From Armatimonadota bacterium (lineage in GTDB: Bacteria > Armatimonadota > SYMT01), in assembly GCA_041690135.1 (NCBI GenBank), contig JAWLHY010000010.1, positions 32,001-96,000 on the forward strand: a DNA stretch of 64,000 nucleotides, in the 5' to 3' direction. Below the pieces are notes generated by a model that saw only the letters and a list, made by a program, of their open reading frames with translations, ran no database searches and was not told where the DNA came from. Shown here in pieces: positions 26,909 through 36,092 of the stretch (the stretch's first letter is position 1; each line of letters starts with the position of its first letter). Made by a program: the position numbers and the translations under genes.

Positions 26909-28564
26909 TTAAGGGCTCGGCTCCAAACCAGGACGAGAAGCGGGTCCTCTGCCATCGGGCCCCACGGACCACTGCCAGGAGGGACCGAAGTTACTCTGCC
27001 CACGGATCGATAGGGCCCACCTCTCCATAGCTCCGTCTGGGGAACCCACCTTCGCCGGTAGGATGCGGAAGACCAGATCGCGCTGCTTCTCTTCGTCCAC
27101 CGCGCCTACCCACGCCAGCAGGGTGCGACCCAGGTACGCGCGCACCAGTTGCGGATCCGCCTGTGAGAGCGGCAACCCACGTTCCGAAGTCACCTGAGCC
27201 TTCTGTGGGTCCGGTAATCGCCGATAGAAGCGCAGGCAGGCGGGTGCACCCGTACCGTCCTCATGTCCCGCGACCAGGAGTCCAGCGGCGGCCGGGCAGA
27301 TCCCCGTGTCCAACAACTTGCGAAGCTGCACTTCCCGCAGGTCTGCCAGGGCCGCAAGGTCGTCCAGAGAAGCTCGGCTTTCCCCGCCCAGATCCTTCCG
27401 GAACCGGGCCAGCAGCTCGTCGGGGATATCGGCCTGGTCCTCCAGCCACCAATACTTCGCGCGGATCAGGACCGTGGTTTTCTCCGCATCGAGGAACTGC
27501 CACTCGCAGTCCCACATTCCGGCCAGTCGATCGAGGACCCGGTTCAGCGGGACCTCCCGGAATTCCAGTGGAGTGGGTAGCTCCAGGCTTGGGCGCAGGT
27601 ACCCGTCGGCGATGATGTTCAGGCGTGCCTGGTCGGCAAGGAGCGGAAGCAACTCGTCCAGCGTCCTCTTCACCGGTTTCCCGTCCGGTGGCTTTTGCGC
27701 CAACTGCACGGTCACCGGCCGTTCATCAGCGGCCGCCGCGGGCGCGGGGCTGCGAGTAGCGAAAAGGCGCTCCGGGACCTGCAAAATCGCCATGCGTACC
27801 TGCGTTAGGCCCTTACGCGTGACGAGCGCCAGCGTCAAACCGCCCAGCGGGCGCAACCCTCCCCGGACCCGGCTGAGTACGATTTGGTAGTCGTCGAGCG
27901 CGGCGTCACTGGCGCCGGCATAGGATTGCGAAACGGCCCGCAGCCAGCCCCGGACTTCGGAGCCGGCATGCGGCGGAAGGTCACCAATCCTTCGAACCAG
28001 CGTCTCCCCGGTCATCAACCGCTTCTGCTCTGCCGGCTGCAGTGCCTGTACGATCGCCGTATGGGCTACTCTCTGGTGGAGCAGTGCTTTTCGTGTCCCC
28101 GCAGGCGCAGTTTCTAACTCCTTGAGCCCGCGTTCTTTCACCCAGCGCGCTTCCTGCTCGACATGCCTGGCAAAGAGCAACTGGTCCAGATTCGCCAGCG
28201 CCGCAATTCTCTCTCGGCGGTTTCGGCTTTGTTCTAGACGCCATCCCCGACCCTCCGCGAGCTTCATCCAGAGCACGGGGCCATCTGGCTCGGCAAAGAG
28301 GAGGCGTTCCAGACCCCGCGCGACCTGTTCCAGCTTCACGTCTTGCGTGACAACGGTGACCCGCTGCCTGGCAAGATCGGCACTTGTGCTGAGTCGGACA
28401 CCGTAAGCAGTTGACGCTTGCCTCAGGAGAGACTCCAGCGTACCTCCCAGGCTCCTCAAGCTGGCGCTTTTATTTGAGGCAGGCACCGGACGCATCTCAG
28501 TGTCTGCGGAAGCCGTTCCGGGTGTCAGAATCACGAGGGCCGCCAGCATCGAAGCAACCCTCAT
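26909..28564 (-). CDS. Secreted hypothetical protein with two STN/secretin-N-like segments
   Basis: Signal MRVASMLAALVILTPGTASA; TLESLLRQASTAYGVRL...RVTV and TLDELLPLLADQARLNIIAD...PLNRVLDRLA. Confidence 0.65.
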   Translation of the reverse strand: MRVASMLAALVILTPGTASADTEMRPVPASNKSASLRSLGGTLESLLRQASTAYGVRLSTSADLARQRVTVVTQDVKLEQVARGLERLLFAEPDGPVLWMKLAEGRGWRLEQSRNRRERIAALANLDQLLFARHVEQEARWVKERGLKELETAPAGTRKALLHQRVAHTAIVQALQPAEQKRLMTGETLVRRIGDLPPHAGSEVRGWLRAVSQSYAGASDAALDDYQIVLSRVRGGLRPLGGLTLALVTRKGLTQVRMAILQVPERLFATRSPAPAAAADERPVTVQLAQKPPDGKPVKRTLDELLPLLADQARLNIIADGYLRPSLELPTPLEFREVPLNRVLDRLAGMWDCEWQFLDAEKTTVLIRAKYWWLEDQADIPDELLARFRKDLGGESRASLDDLAALADLREVQLRKLLDTGICPAAAGLLVAGHEDGTGAPACLRFYRRLPDPQKAQVTSERGLPLSQADPQLVRAYLGRTLLAWVGAVDEEKQRDLVFRILPAKVGSPDGAMERWALSIRGQSNFGPSWQWSVGPDGRGPASRPGLEPSP

Positions 28565-28692
28565 GCGAACACATAATTGCCTGCCGTGGAATTGCGATTG
28601 AGACGTACCCATTTGTCGTTAGCCCCAAGCCGTTTCGCGTGCAGCGGATGCGGGGAGTGACTGCTCGCCCCGCATCCGCTTTAGGGTGAAGA

Positions 28693-29226
28693 TCAAAAAC
28701 AGGTAAACTCTTGCCCCGTGAGGATGTGGGTGTCCGCCGTGCTAAGAATGATGATTGGACTTTGGACAGTACCATCCACTGCTGCACGTGCCGTGTTTGT
28801 TCCCGGGTTGATATCCATGTTCGTGCTTAAGCCATACCCAAAGTAGTAATGGCTTTCATCAACGAACTCAGTCTCGGGGTCGTCGGCCGTGACGTGCATT
28901 ACTACGGATGGGCCCGTTACAGATGGGTTACCGTCAAGAGATCCCTGCATCGAGCCCCAGATACCCGACTGAGAACAGGTAGGGTGTCGCGTCAGAGAAC
29001 CCCAGTAGAAGCTTTCAATCTCAATCGAGCCCTCAACCAGAACCACGTCTTCTCCATATGGCTCGAGTAACTCAGCAGTGACAGATATTCCAAGTTCCGT
29101 ATCGTTGTATTGTGCAACAACCTGATGTGCCTCGGCGGGCTTCCCCACTGGAAGCAGAGTACTGATGGCAAGTCCGAGGGACAACATGTACTTCCATTCT
29201 CTTCTGATTTGCAGTTTGACTGTCAT
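28693..29226 (-). CDS. Secreted hypothetical protein, lower GC
   Basis: SD agggag; signal peptide ending PAEA; acidic beta-rich mature region. Confidence 0.6.
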   Translation of the reverse strand: MTVKLQIRREWKYMLSLGLAISTLLPVGKPAEAHQVVAQYNDTELGISVTAELLEPYGEDVVLVEGSIEIESFYWGSLTRHPTCSQSGIWGSMQGSLDGNPSVTGPSVVMHVTADDPETEFVDESHYYFGYGLSTNMDINPGTNTARAAVDGTVQSPIIILSTADTHILTGQEFTCF

Positions 29227-29508
29227 TGAATGTTATCTCCCTTGTGAGTTGCGGGTCCGACCTGCGGACCACTTCTTCGATGGCTGGCAATGGCCCCACA
29301 AAGCTTCGCCGTTGGACCAGGTTAATGCCAACCTTAGGAGACATTGAAAGCCAAGCCCGCACGGACCTTCATGACGAGTACGTATTTTTCGTGGCGAGAA
29401 TTACTTATTGAGCATCGAACGCAAGAATTTCTACTAGACACCAACAAATCCGCCCTCCTCGGGGATCTAAGTAGAGAGTCCACTCACTACCCAGAAAGGA
29501 GGCTTGCG

Positions 29509-29727
29509 ATGCAAATATATCAATATATTACAGATAAAGAGCTGGATGTTCTTCGATTGGTAGCAACGGGACATTCAAGTGAAATAATATCTCAACTACT
29601 TTACATCAGTCGACGAACAGTCGATACTCATAGATATCGAATCCGGAAAAAACTGAAGTTCAGCGGAAGCGCTACTGATTTCCGGACCTTTGCAGTAAAG
29701 TGGCTTGAAGGATCTGCGACACTTTGA
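29509..29727 (+). CDS. Stand-alone LuxR/GerE-type HTH regulator (72 aa), AT-rich
   Basis: SD agaaaggagg; ITDKELDVLRLVATGHSSEIISQLLYISRRTVDTHRYRIRKKL. Confidence 0.85.
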   Translation: MQIYQYITDKELDVLRLVATGHSSEIISQLLYISRRTVDTHRYRIRKKLKFSGSATDFRTFAVKWLEGSATL

Positions 29728-29835
29728 AAGCATAGGGCCAATACACCACTGGAGAATCCAGTTGTTCGGGCGAATGGACTGGGGCAGGCGATAGCTGCCG
29801 TGTCGCATGGCCTGGAGCAACATAGTCCCAACCGG

Positions 29836-30043
29836 CGCCACGCCATTCCTACCCTTCCGCGGCCGCTGGGCGCGATATTTTCTGGCCCCCGTGCTCTTCA
29901 CCGCTGCGTTCGGGCTGATGTACGGGCTGCTTTACGCGGGCGCGGTAGTCGGCGGAGGGACCACACTTCTGGCAGCGTTACTCGTGTTGTGGTTCTTCCT
30001 GCTGGTGTTCGCCACGATCCACTGCAACATCGCGAACCGGTAA
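29836..30043 (+). pseudogene. 3' half copy of the 26379-26879 membrane gene (direct repeat, copy 2)
   Basis: PFLPFRGRWARYFLAPVLFTAAFGLMYG...; no 5' half upstream. Confidence 0.75.
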
Positions 30044-30065
30044 TCGCCTCGATGAGACCGTCCGC

Positions 30066-30302
30066 TCACTGGGCGAATCGCGCAGTGCTGGCGAGTAAGC
30101 GCATCAGGACCGCCGGTTCCACCGGTTTCGCGAGGTACTCGTCAAAGCCCGCCGCCCTGCCCCGCGCGATGTCCTCGGGATGGGCGTAGCCGGAGAGCGC
30201 GATCAACCGCACTCCGGAAAGCGTGGGCTCCTGGCGCAGCGCGGCGGCCACGGAGTAGCCGTCCATCCCCGGCAGCCCGATGTCCGTCAGAACTACCTCG
30301 GG
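30066..30302 (-). pseudogene. C-terminal half of a receiver (REC) domain, hybrid-kinase type
   Basis: PEVVLTDIGLPGMDGYSVA...LIALSGY...AGFDEYLAKPV; in-frame TGA just upstream; N-terminal acidic pocket missing. Confidence 0.8.
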
Positions 30303-30408
30303 CAGGCAGGTCGGGGCGCATCGGGCTGCACTTCAGAAACCAATGAAACGGAAGGTGACGAGCCGATTTGGGGATAGCAGTTTCCCAACTTCCCCTCGTC
30401 GGCTTTCG

Positions 30409-30474
30409 CATCTGCACAATCTGCGGACTCATTGTCCACACTATCCCTTCAATCAGTGAAATCTGTGGCTCCCC
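30409..30474. repeat. Nonamer (AAATCTGTG) repeat element ending in GGCTCCCC
   Basis: aatcagtgaaatctgtggctcccc; other copies at 31474-31497, 53930-53952 and 54750-54770. Confidence 0.8.
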
Positions 30475-30480
30475 GGTGCC

Positions 30481-31209
30481 CTACGGCAGTTCCCGGATCC
30501 GCAGGTCCCGGAACTCCGTCGGCGAGCCTTCCGACTCGAAGCAGAGCAGGCCGTTGGCCGGGTTGCAGTTCGTGCCGCCGCTCACCTCTTCGCCATTGAC
30601 CCACAGGCGCACCTCACCGTTGATCGCGCGGATGTAATAGTGGTTCCACTCGCCCGTCGGCTTGCTGAGCTGCTTCCGCGGGAAGCTGCGGCTGCCGTCC
30701 GGCGATATAGGCGGGAACGGCGTCATCTTGGAGGCCTTCGTGGGAAACACGTCGCCGTGGGTCGTGAACCAGTCCGCCTTCTTCCCCGTCTGCTTCTCGT
30801 ACTTCGCGGTGTAACCGGTGTCCAGCACCTGGACCTCGATCCCCTGCGGGAGCTGGTTTCGCTGCAGGCTCTTGATCGACTCCTCCACGCCCCAAAGGAA
30901 GATGCCGGAGTTTCCCGCATCCTTCAGGTGCCGCCAACGGGCCACCAGCTCGAAGTTCTTGTACGGCTTCTTGGACGGGGATACCCCCACCGGAATGCCG
31001 GTGCAGTCGAAGCCGTTGCCCTTCCACTTGAACGTCTCCGGGTCCACGTTCCCCTGGGTAAAGTCGTCCGCGATTAGGTCTCGCCATCCCGGTCCACTCC
31101 CATCGATAAAAGCTTTCGGCGCGGCCGTTCCCTCCGCCACGCCCCGTGCGGCCGGCACGGCCACCGCCGCCAGCCCCAACGCCCCGAACAATAACGCCAT
31201 CCCCTTCAT
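30481..31209 (-). CDS. DUF1080 (3-keto-disaccharide hydrolase-like) secreted protein
   Basis: Signal MKGMALL; YKNFELVARW; GNSGIF; GIEVQVLD; GEWNHYYI; FESEGSPTEFRDLRIREL. Confidence 0.9.
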   Translation of the reverse strand: MKGMALLFGALGLAAVAVPAARGVAEGTAAPKAFIDGSGPGWRDLIADDFTQGNVDPETFKWKGNGFDCTGIPVGVSPSKKPYKNFELVARWRHLKDAGNSGIFLWGVEESIKSLQRNQLPQGIEVQVLDTGYTAKYEKQTGKKADWFTTHGDVFPTKASKMTPFPPISPDGSRSFPRKQLSKPTGEWNHYYIRAINGEVRLWVNGEEVSGGTNCNPANGLLCFESEGSPTEFRDLRIRELP

Positions 31210-31406
31210 CGCCAGATTCTCCTCAATCACTGGGCCGCGCTCCAGCCGTCTCCCAGTTCCCCAAAACCGCCCCATCCGCCTTCTCCGCCAGGATCCCACC
31301 ATCAACACGCAACCTCCACACCTTAACCCTGTGACGCTGTCCACATGCAGGTCAGGATCCGGCCCAAGCGCGGTTTGCCGTCCCTTGGATCCCCTTGCAT
31401 CTTTCC

Positions 31407-31497
31407 AATCTGCGTCATCTGTGGACCACTTTCGGCCCCCTCCGCTCCCCTTCCATCCTTCCAATCTCTTCAAAATCTGTGAAATCTGTGGCTCCCC
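31407..31497. repeat. Nonamer (AAATCTGTG) repeat element
   Basis: aatctgcgtcatctgtgg...aatctgtgaaatctgtggctcccc. Confidence 0.8.
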
Positions 31498-31500
31498 CCC

Positions 31501-32766
31501 TCATCCCTCGTAGCGGCTGATACGGTAATCTGGCCGATCCGAGCGGAACAGGTCCGGGTTCAGCCGTGTGCCGAGGCCCGGACCCCGAGGCAATTCCGCC
31601 TCCCCGTTCCGGATCACCACCGGCGTGTCGATCAGGTCGGCGTAGAAGGTGCGGATATGGGCGCGGACCGACTCCTGGAAGCAACAGCCGGGGACCGCGG
31701 CATTCACATGCAGGCCCGAGAACAGCGTGAGGGGACCGGTGCAATCGTGCATCGTCACCGGCACGTTGTACGCCTGCGCCAGGTGCGCCAGCCGGACGGT
31801 CTCCGAGATCCCGCCCACCCAGGTCGGGTCGATCATCACGTAGTCCGCGCCCTGCGCCGCCAGCACCTGGGCGAAGTCCGCGCGCGAGAGCAGCATCTCG
31901 CTGATCGAGATCGGCACCCGGGCCTGCTTCCGGTACTCGGACAGCGTCTCCAGGTTATCCGTCTTCAGGATGTCCTCCAGCCACAGCGGCTGGAGCGGGC
32001 GCAGCGCCTCCGCGATCCGCAGCGCCGCGGGCAGCATGAAGAAGCCGTGACCGTCCACCATGAACTCGATCCGGTTGCCGAATCGCTCCCGGATCCGGAC
32101 CAGCGGTCGGATCGTCTCCTCCAGTTCCTGCAGGCCGATCCGCATGCCGCCGTTCCGGTGCGCCACGCTGTCGAAGAGCCAGGTCTTGAATGCCGTGTAG
32201 CCTTCCGAAAGCAGCTCCTCCACCAGCTCTTCCGGTGCGTGGAACAGCTTATAGGAATCCTGCAGCGGTCCCGGCTGGCCGATGGGCCCGTAGCCGGGCC
32301 ACCCCTGCCGCCCTTCCGGATTGCGGCCGTACGCCGGGTTGCCCAGGCTGTTGTAGACCGGCACCTGGCTGCGGACGGGTCCCCCCAGCAGGCGGTAGAC
32401 CGGTTGCCCGCAGGCCTGCCCCAGCAGGTCCCACAGGGCCAGGTCGATCGCCGAGATCGCGCGGAGTTCCGCCCCCCGCACCCCGAAGTTGGCACAGCGC
32501 TCGTACAGGAAGCGCCAGTGCGACTCGATCGCCAGGGCGTCCTGCCCCAGCAGCCGCCGGGCCATCCAGTCGTGAATCAACGCGGAAACGGCGTGCGGCG
32601 CGTAATAGGTCTCCCCGTGACCAATGGTGCCGGCATCCGTGTGGATGCGCAGCAGCATCAGGCCGGGCATGATGTCCGTCGGGATAACCGTCTCGATGGC
32701 GGTCACCCGCACGGCCTCTTCGAGCGGCGTGGCCGGGAGGTAGGGTGCGGTTAATGGATCGGTCAT
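31501..32766 (-). CDS. Mandelate racemase/muconate lactonizing enzyme family protein (acid-sugar dehydratase-like)
   Basis: AISAIDLALWDLLG; FMVDGH; WLED; SE; HDCTGP; PGLG. Confidence 0.9.
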   Translation of the reverse strand: MTDPLTAPYLPATPLEEAVRVTAIETVIPTDIMPGLMLLRIHTDAGTIGHGETYYAPHAVSALIHDWMARRLLGQDALAIESHWRFLYERCANFGVRGAELRAISAIDLALWDLLGQACGQPVYRLLGGPVRSQVPVYNSLGNPAYGRNPEGRQGWPGYGPIGQPGPLQDSYKLFHAPEELVEELLSEGYTAFKTWLFDSVAHRNGGMRIGLQELEETIRPLVRIRERFGNRIEFMVDGHGFFMLPAALRIAEALRPLQPLWLEDILKTDNLETLSEYRKQARVPISISEMLLSRADFAQVLAAQGADYVMIDPTWVGGISETVRLAHLAQAYNVPVTMHDCTGPLTLFSGLHVNAAVPGCCFQESVRAHIRTFYADLIDTPVVIRNGEAELPRGPGLGTRLNPDLFRSDRPDYRISRYEG

Positions 32767-32905
32767 AAGGCGTTGTAGCGGGGTTGTTCAGAAGGGTTGA
32801 GATAGTGTCAGCAGAATCTTGCCCGGCCGGTACTTAACCTCCTGCCGCCACTCCTGGAGAGTTGAACGTGCCTGAAGGCTGATGCCTGGTGGAAGTTAGC
32901 AGCGT

Positions 32906-33082
32906 TCCCCCAGGATTGGGGGCCAGGGGGCCGATCGGGTGGAAGGTCGCACCAGCCGAGAGGTGCGACGATCGAATTCTGCTCTTGACCTCCTTATCCT
33001 CGTCCTTATCGTTATCTTAATCGGCGAAGCCCTCTTGCTGCGGTTCTCTGCCGGGTGCCGGGTACCCACGAGCGGGTGTGGG
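32906..33082. repeat. Mosaic of repeats: CCCCCAGGATTGGGGG hairpin, hexamer tract and GGGTACCC element
   Basis: tcccccaggattgggggccaggggg; ccttatcctcgtccttatcgttatcttaatcggcgaagcc; gggtgccgggtacccacgagcgggtgtggg. Confidence 0.7.
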
Positions 33083-33103
33083 CGGTGCGGTGAGTTCCCC
33101 ACC

Positions 33104-35533
33104 CTATCGCCGGAGGAAGGTGCTCACCTCCAAGCCATCCGTCCCCAGCGTTACCGTCACCATGCCGCACTGGTCCGTTCGGGTCACGGGAATCCGTGCC
33201 GCCGCGAGCCGCTCCAGGGCCGCCCCGTGTGGGTGACCGTAGACGTTCCCGCGGCCGCACGAGATCAATGCGCCCGCCGGCCGCACCGCTTCCAGAAAAA
33301 GGGTGCTGGTAGCGCCCTGGCTGCCGTGGTGGCCCACCTTCAAGAGATCGGCACGGAGATCCGCTCCGGCTTCCACCAGTCCGGCCTCGGTGGGCTCGCC
33401 GGAGTCCCCCATCAGCAGCACGCGCGAACCGCCGGCCTCCCAGTGCGCCACCAGCGATTCCTCATTCGGGTTCTCCTCCCCCGGAGCGTCACCCGGTTCG
33501 GGAGCCAGCACCACCAACTGTGCGTCTCCCAGCTCGATCCGGTCACCCGCCGAGGCGGGGAGTTTCCGCACCCGGAACCGGTCGGCCACGGCCAGCGCCT
33601 CCTGCCACAGCGGCGTCACCTGCACGCGCGGGCTGTAGATCAGCGCCCGCACGGGCACCTCTCCCAACAGCACCGGAAGACCCCCGATGTGGTCCGCGTG
33701 CGCGTGGGATACGAGGATTGCATCCAGGCTCCCGATGCGCAGCGCGCGCAAAGTGCGGGCAAGGGGGGTCGGCCCGGAGCCCAGTGGCGGTGGACCCGCA
33801 TCCACCAGCACGTTCGATCCCCCGGAGCCCTGGATGAGAACCGCATCGCCCTGCCCGACGTCGATGGCGCGGACGGTCGGCCGGGCCGGTGGCGGCGCGG
33901 GGGTGTGCTCGAATGCCAGGAGGAGCGCAACGAGGCCCGCCACCCCACACCAGCGACCGTAGTGGCGTAGGCTGGTCGCGGTGAAAAGCGCCACCCCGCC
34001 CAGCAGCGGGAACCCCCACCCAGCCACCGGAAACACCGGCGCCGCCCCAAAGGGAGCCTGGCTGAAGAACCGTGCGTAACCGAGCACCGCATGCGCCAGA
34101 AAACCCACCACGGGTGCCAGGTAGGAAATGTCCAGGAATCCGGCTGCGGCATGGAAGATCGTCGCCCACAGCAGGAAGGTCGCCGGCGGCACCACACAAA
34201 GGTTGGCGAGAAGTGCCGACCAGCACGACGTCTGGAAGTGGTAGGCCAGCACCGGCGCCGTCGCCAGATGCGCCGCCACCGTTACGGAAACTGCAGTAGC
34301 CAGAGCCCGCCACGCCGGATGCACCGAGGAGCCTCCCTCCCTCCTTCCCCCTCCACCCTCCACACCCCCTCCACCCTCCCCTACCAGAGTCCGTTCCAGG
34401 GCCGGAGCCAATCGGACCAGACCCCACACCGCCGCAAACGAGAGCTGTGCGCCGATGTCGAACACGGCGAACGGGTTCGCTGCCAGCATCGCCAGCGCCG
34501 CGATACCGAGGCAATTCTCCCCATCCGTCTGCCGCAGGAACGCCCGGCCCAGAATCACCGTCAGACCCAGAACGGAGGCGCGGAGAATGGATGCGTCACC
34601 GGAGGTGGTGAGATAGAAGAGGAAGAGAACTCCCACCCCAAGCGTCCAGAAGAGGACACGGAACAGCCACAGCCGCCGAGATAGCCAAAGGAAGGGGCCA
34701 AGGACCAGGCCAACCTGCGTGCCGGAGACCACCAGCAGGTGGATCGTTCCGGAACGGCGGAAAGTTTCCTCCAGCACCGTCGCCCGCTCCGGGTCGCCAC
34801 CCGGGTCGGTCCCGATCAGGAACCGGTTGGCGATGGCCGCGGCATCCGCTTGGAGTGTAGCCCGATTAAACGCCGACACGTGCTCCCGCAGCCGCCGGGC
34901 CATCTCCGTCCACGGGGGACCTTTCCGGTATCCCAACCGGCGGAAGCCCCGTTCGTGCGGGTCCAGCCGCACCCGCACACCCCGAACTTGCCAGTAGCGC
35001 CGGGCATCGAAACCGCCGGGATTGGTGGCAGGCAGGATCTCCTTAAGCACCCCACTCGCCTGCACCTGGTCCCCTTCGCGCACACTCACCGGCGCCGCCA
35101 ATCCCACGCGCCCGCCCAACGGGACCCAACCCGCAGGCGAGTGGCGCCGCTCGACCTGCAGTATCGCCCGCGCCCCTTCAGCGTCTTCCGAGAGCACCCG
35201 GACTACCACTCCGGCTATGGTGACGGCCCGGCCCGGCTGGAGCGCGGGGTCCAGTCCGGCAGTCAAGCTGCGAAACCCCCACACCGCCGCCAGCAAGAAG
35301 AAGAACACCGGGCTGGCCGCCCAGAACTGCCTCCCCGCTGCCACTACGGTCAGGAGCAGCGTCCCGCTGGCCAGCAGGGGCAGCGGCGAGAACTCCAGGT
35401 GCCAGGCGTCCGCTGCCAGGATGCCCGCAATAACCGCCAGCGCCCACCAGAAGCACGGGCGCCGGTAGAACCCCGTCCGGCACGCCAGGAGGATCCGGCG
35501 CTGCAAGTTAGCCGTGCTGCCTGCGGTGTTCAT
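33104..35533 (-). CDS. comEC: DNA uptake channel ComEC/Rec2
   Basis: NPGGFD; GTIHLLVVSG; GAQLSFAAV; DVGQGDA; SHAHADHIGG; LKVGHHGS; YGHPH. Confidence 0.95.
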   Translation of the reverse strand: MNTAGSTANLQRRILLACRTGFYRRPCFWWALAVIAGILAADAWHLEFSPLPLLASGTLLLTVVAAGRQFWAASPVFFFLLAAVWGFRSLTAGLDPALQPGRAVTIAGVVVRVLSEDAEGARAILQVERRHSPAGWVPLGGRVGLAAPVSVREGDQVQASGVLKEILPATNPGGFDARRYWQVRGVRVRLDPHERGFRRLGYRKGPPWTEMARRLREHVSAFNRATLQADAAAIANRFLIGTDPGGDPERATVLEETFRRSGTIHLLVVSGTQVGLVLGPFLWLSRRLWLFRVLFWTLGVGVLFLFYLTTSGDASILRASVLGLTVILGRAFLRQTDGENCLGIAALAMLAANPFAVFDIGAQLSFAAVWGLVRLAPALERTLVGEGGGGVEGGGGRREGGSSVHPAWRALATAVSVTVAAHLATAPVLAYHFQTSCWSALLANLCVVPPATFLLWATIFHAAAGFLDISYLAPVVGFLAHAVLGYARFFSQAPFGAAPVFPVAGWGFPLLGGVALFTATSLRHYGRWCGVAGLVALLLAFEHTPAPPPARPTVRAIDVGQGDAVLIQGSGGSNVLVDAGPPPLGSGPTPLARTLRALRIGSLDAILVSHAHADHIGGLPVLLGEVPVRALIYSPRVQVTPLWQEALAVADRFRVRKLPASAGDRIELGDAQLVVLAPEPGDAPGEENPNEESLVAHWEAGGSRVLLMGDSGEPTEAGLVEAGADLRADLLKVGHHGSQGATSTLFLEAVRPAGALISCGRGNVYGHPHGAALERLAAARIPVTRTDQCGMVTVTLGTDGLEVSTFLRR

Positions 35534-35595
35534 CAGGAGTAATTGGCCACCTCAAGCCATCAACCTACCCACAGTTAACTCTCGCAGGAGGTCTC

Positions 35596-35777
35596 AACCC
35601 CTGTCCCCCCAAGGGGGTCCTCAACCCCAGGCCTCCGTCGGGACCTCAACCTTCCAACCATTAGCCCCCAAGTGGGCCTCAACCTTCAACCCTTGGCACC
35701 CGAGGGGGGCTTCAACCTTCAACCTTCAACTTGCCAACCTTCAAACCCGGATCAGCCTCCGCCAAACCGCACCAGCA
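35596..35777. repeat. Second composite heptamer element, between divergent comEC and the sigma factor gene
   Basis: Units like aacccttggcacccgaggggggc separated by (ttcaacc)n; ends ccgccaaaccgcacc as at 20112-20126. Confidence 0.8.
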
Positions 35778-36092
35778 CTGGGGATTCGGTAATCTGCCGA
35801 GGAAAAGCTCGGCCTCTAGTTGAAACCCTTAGCGGACATCATCTCTCTCAGGCGTTATTGGAGATCCAAAAGGCGCACGTTGCGACATCTGCGTTACGTG
35901 CTGCAAGCAAGTGGGTATATCACCACCGGGCGTGCTGCCTTGTCGTCGAGCCGGCTTATCCGCACCGTATCCCAACAGCCGTAGCTCTGGGCCAGGCCCA
36001 GCGTCGTATCCCCGTTCGCCGAGGCGAACGCTTCATTCGATCGTTTCCGGCCCTCCATTCCGGATGGCACGCTTTCAGGGCATTCGATCACC

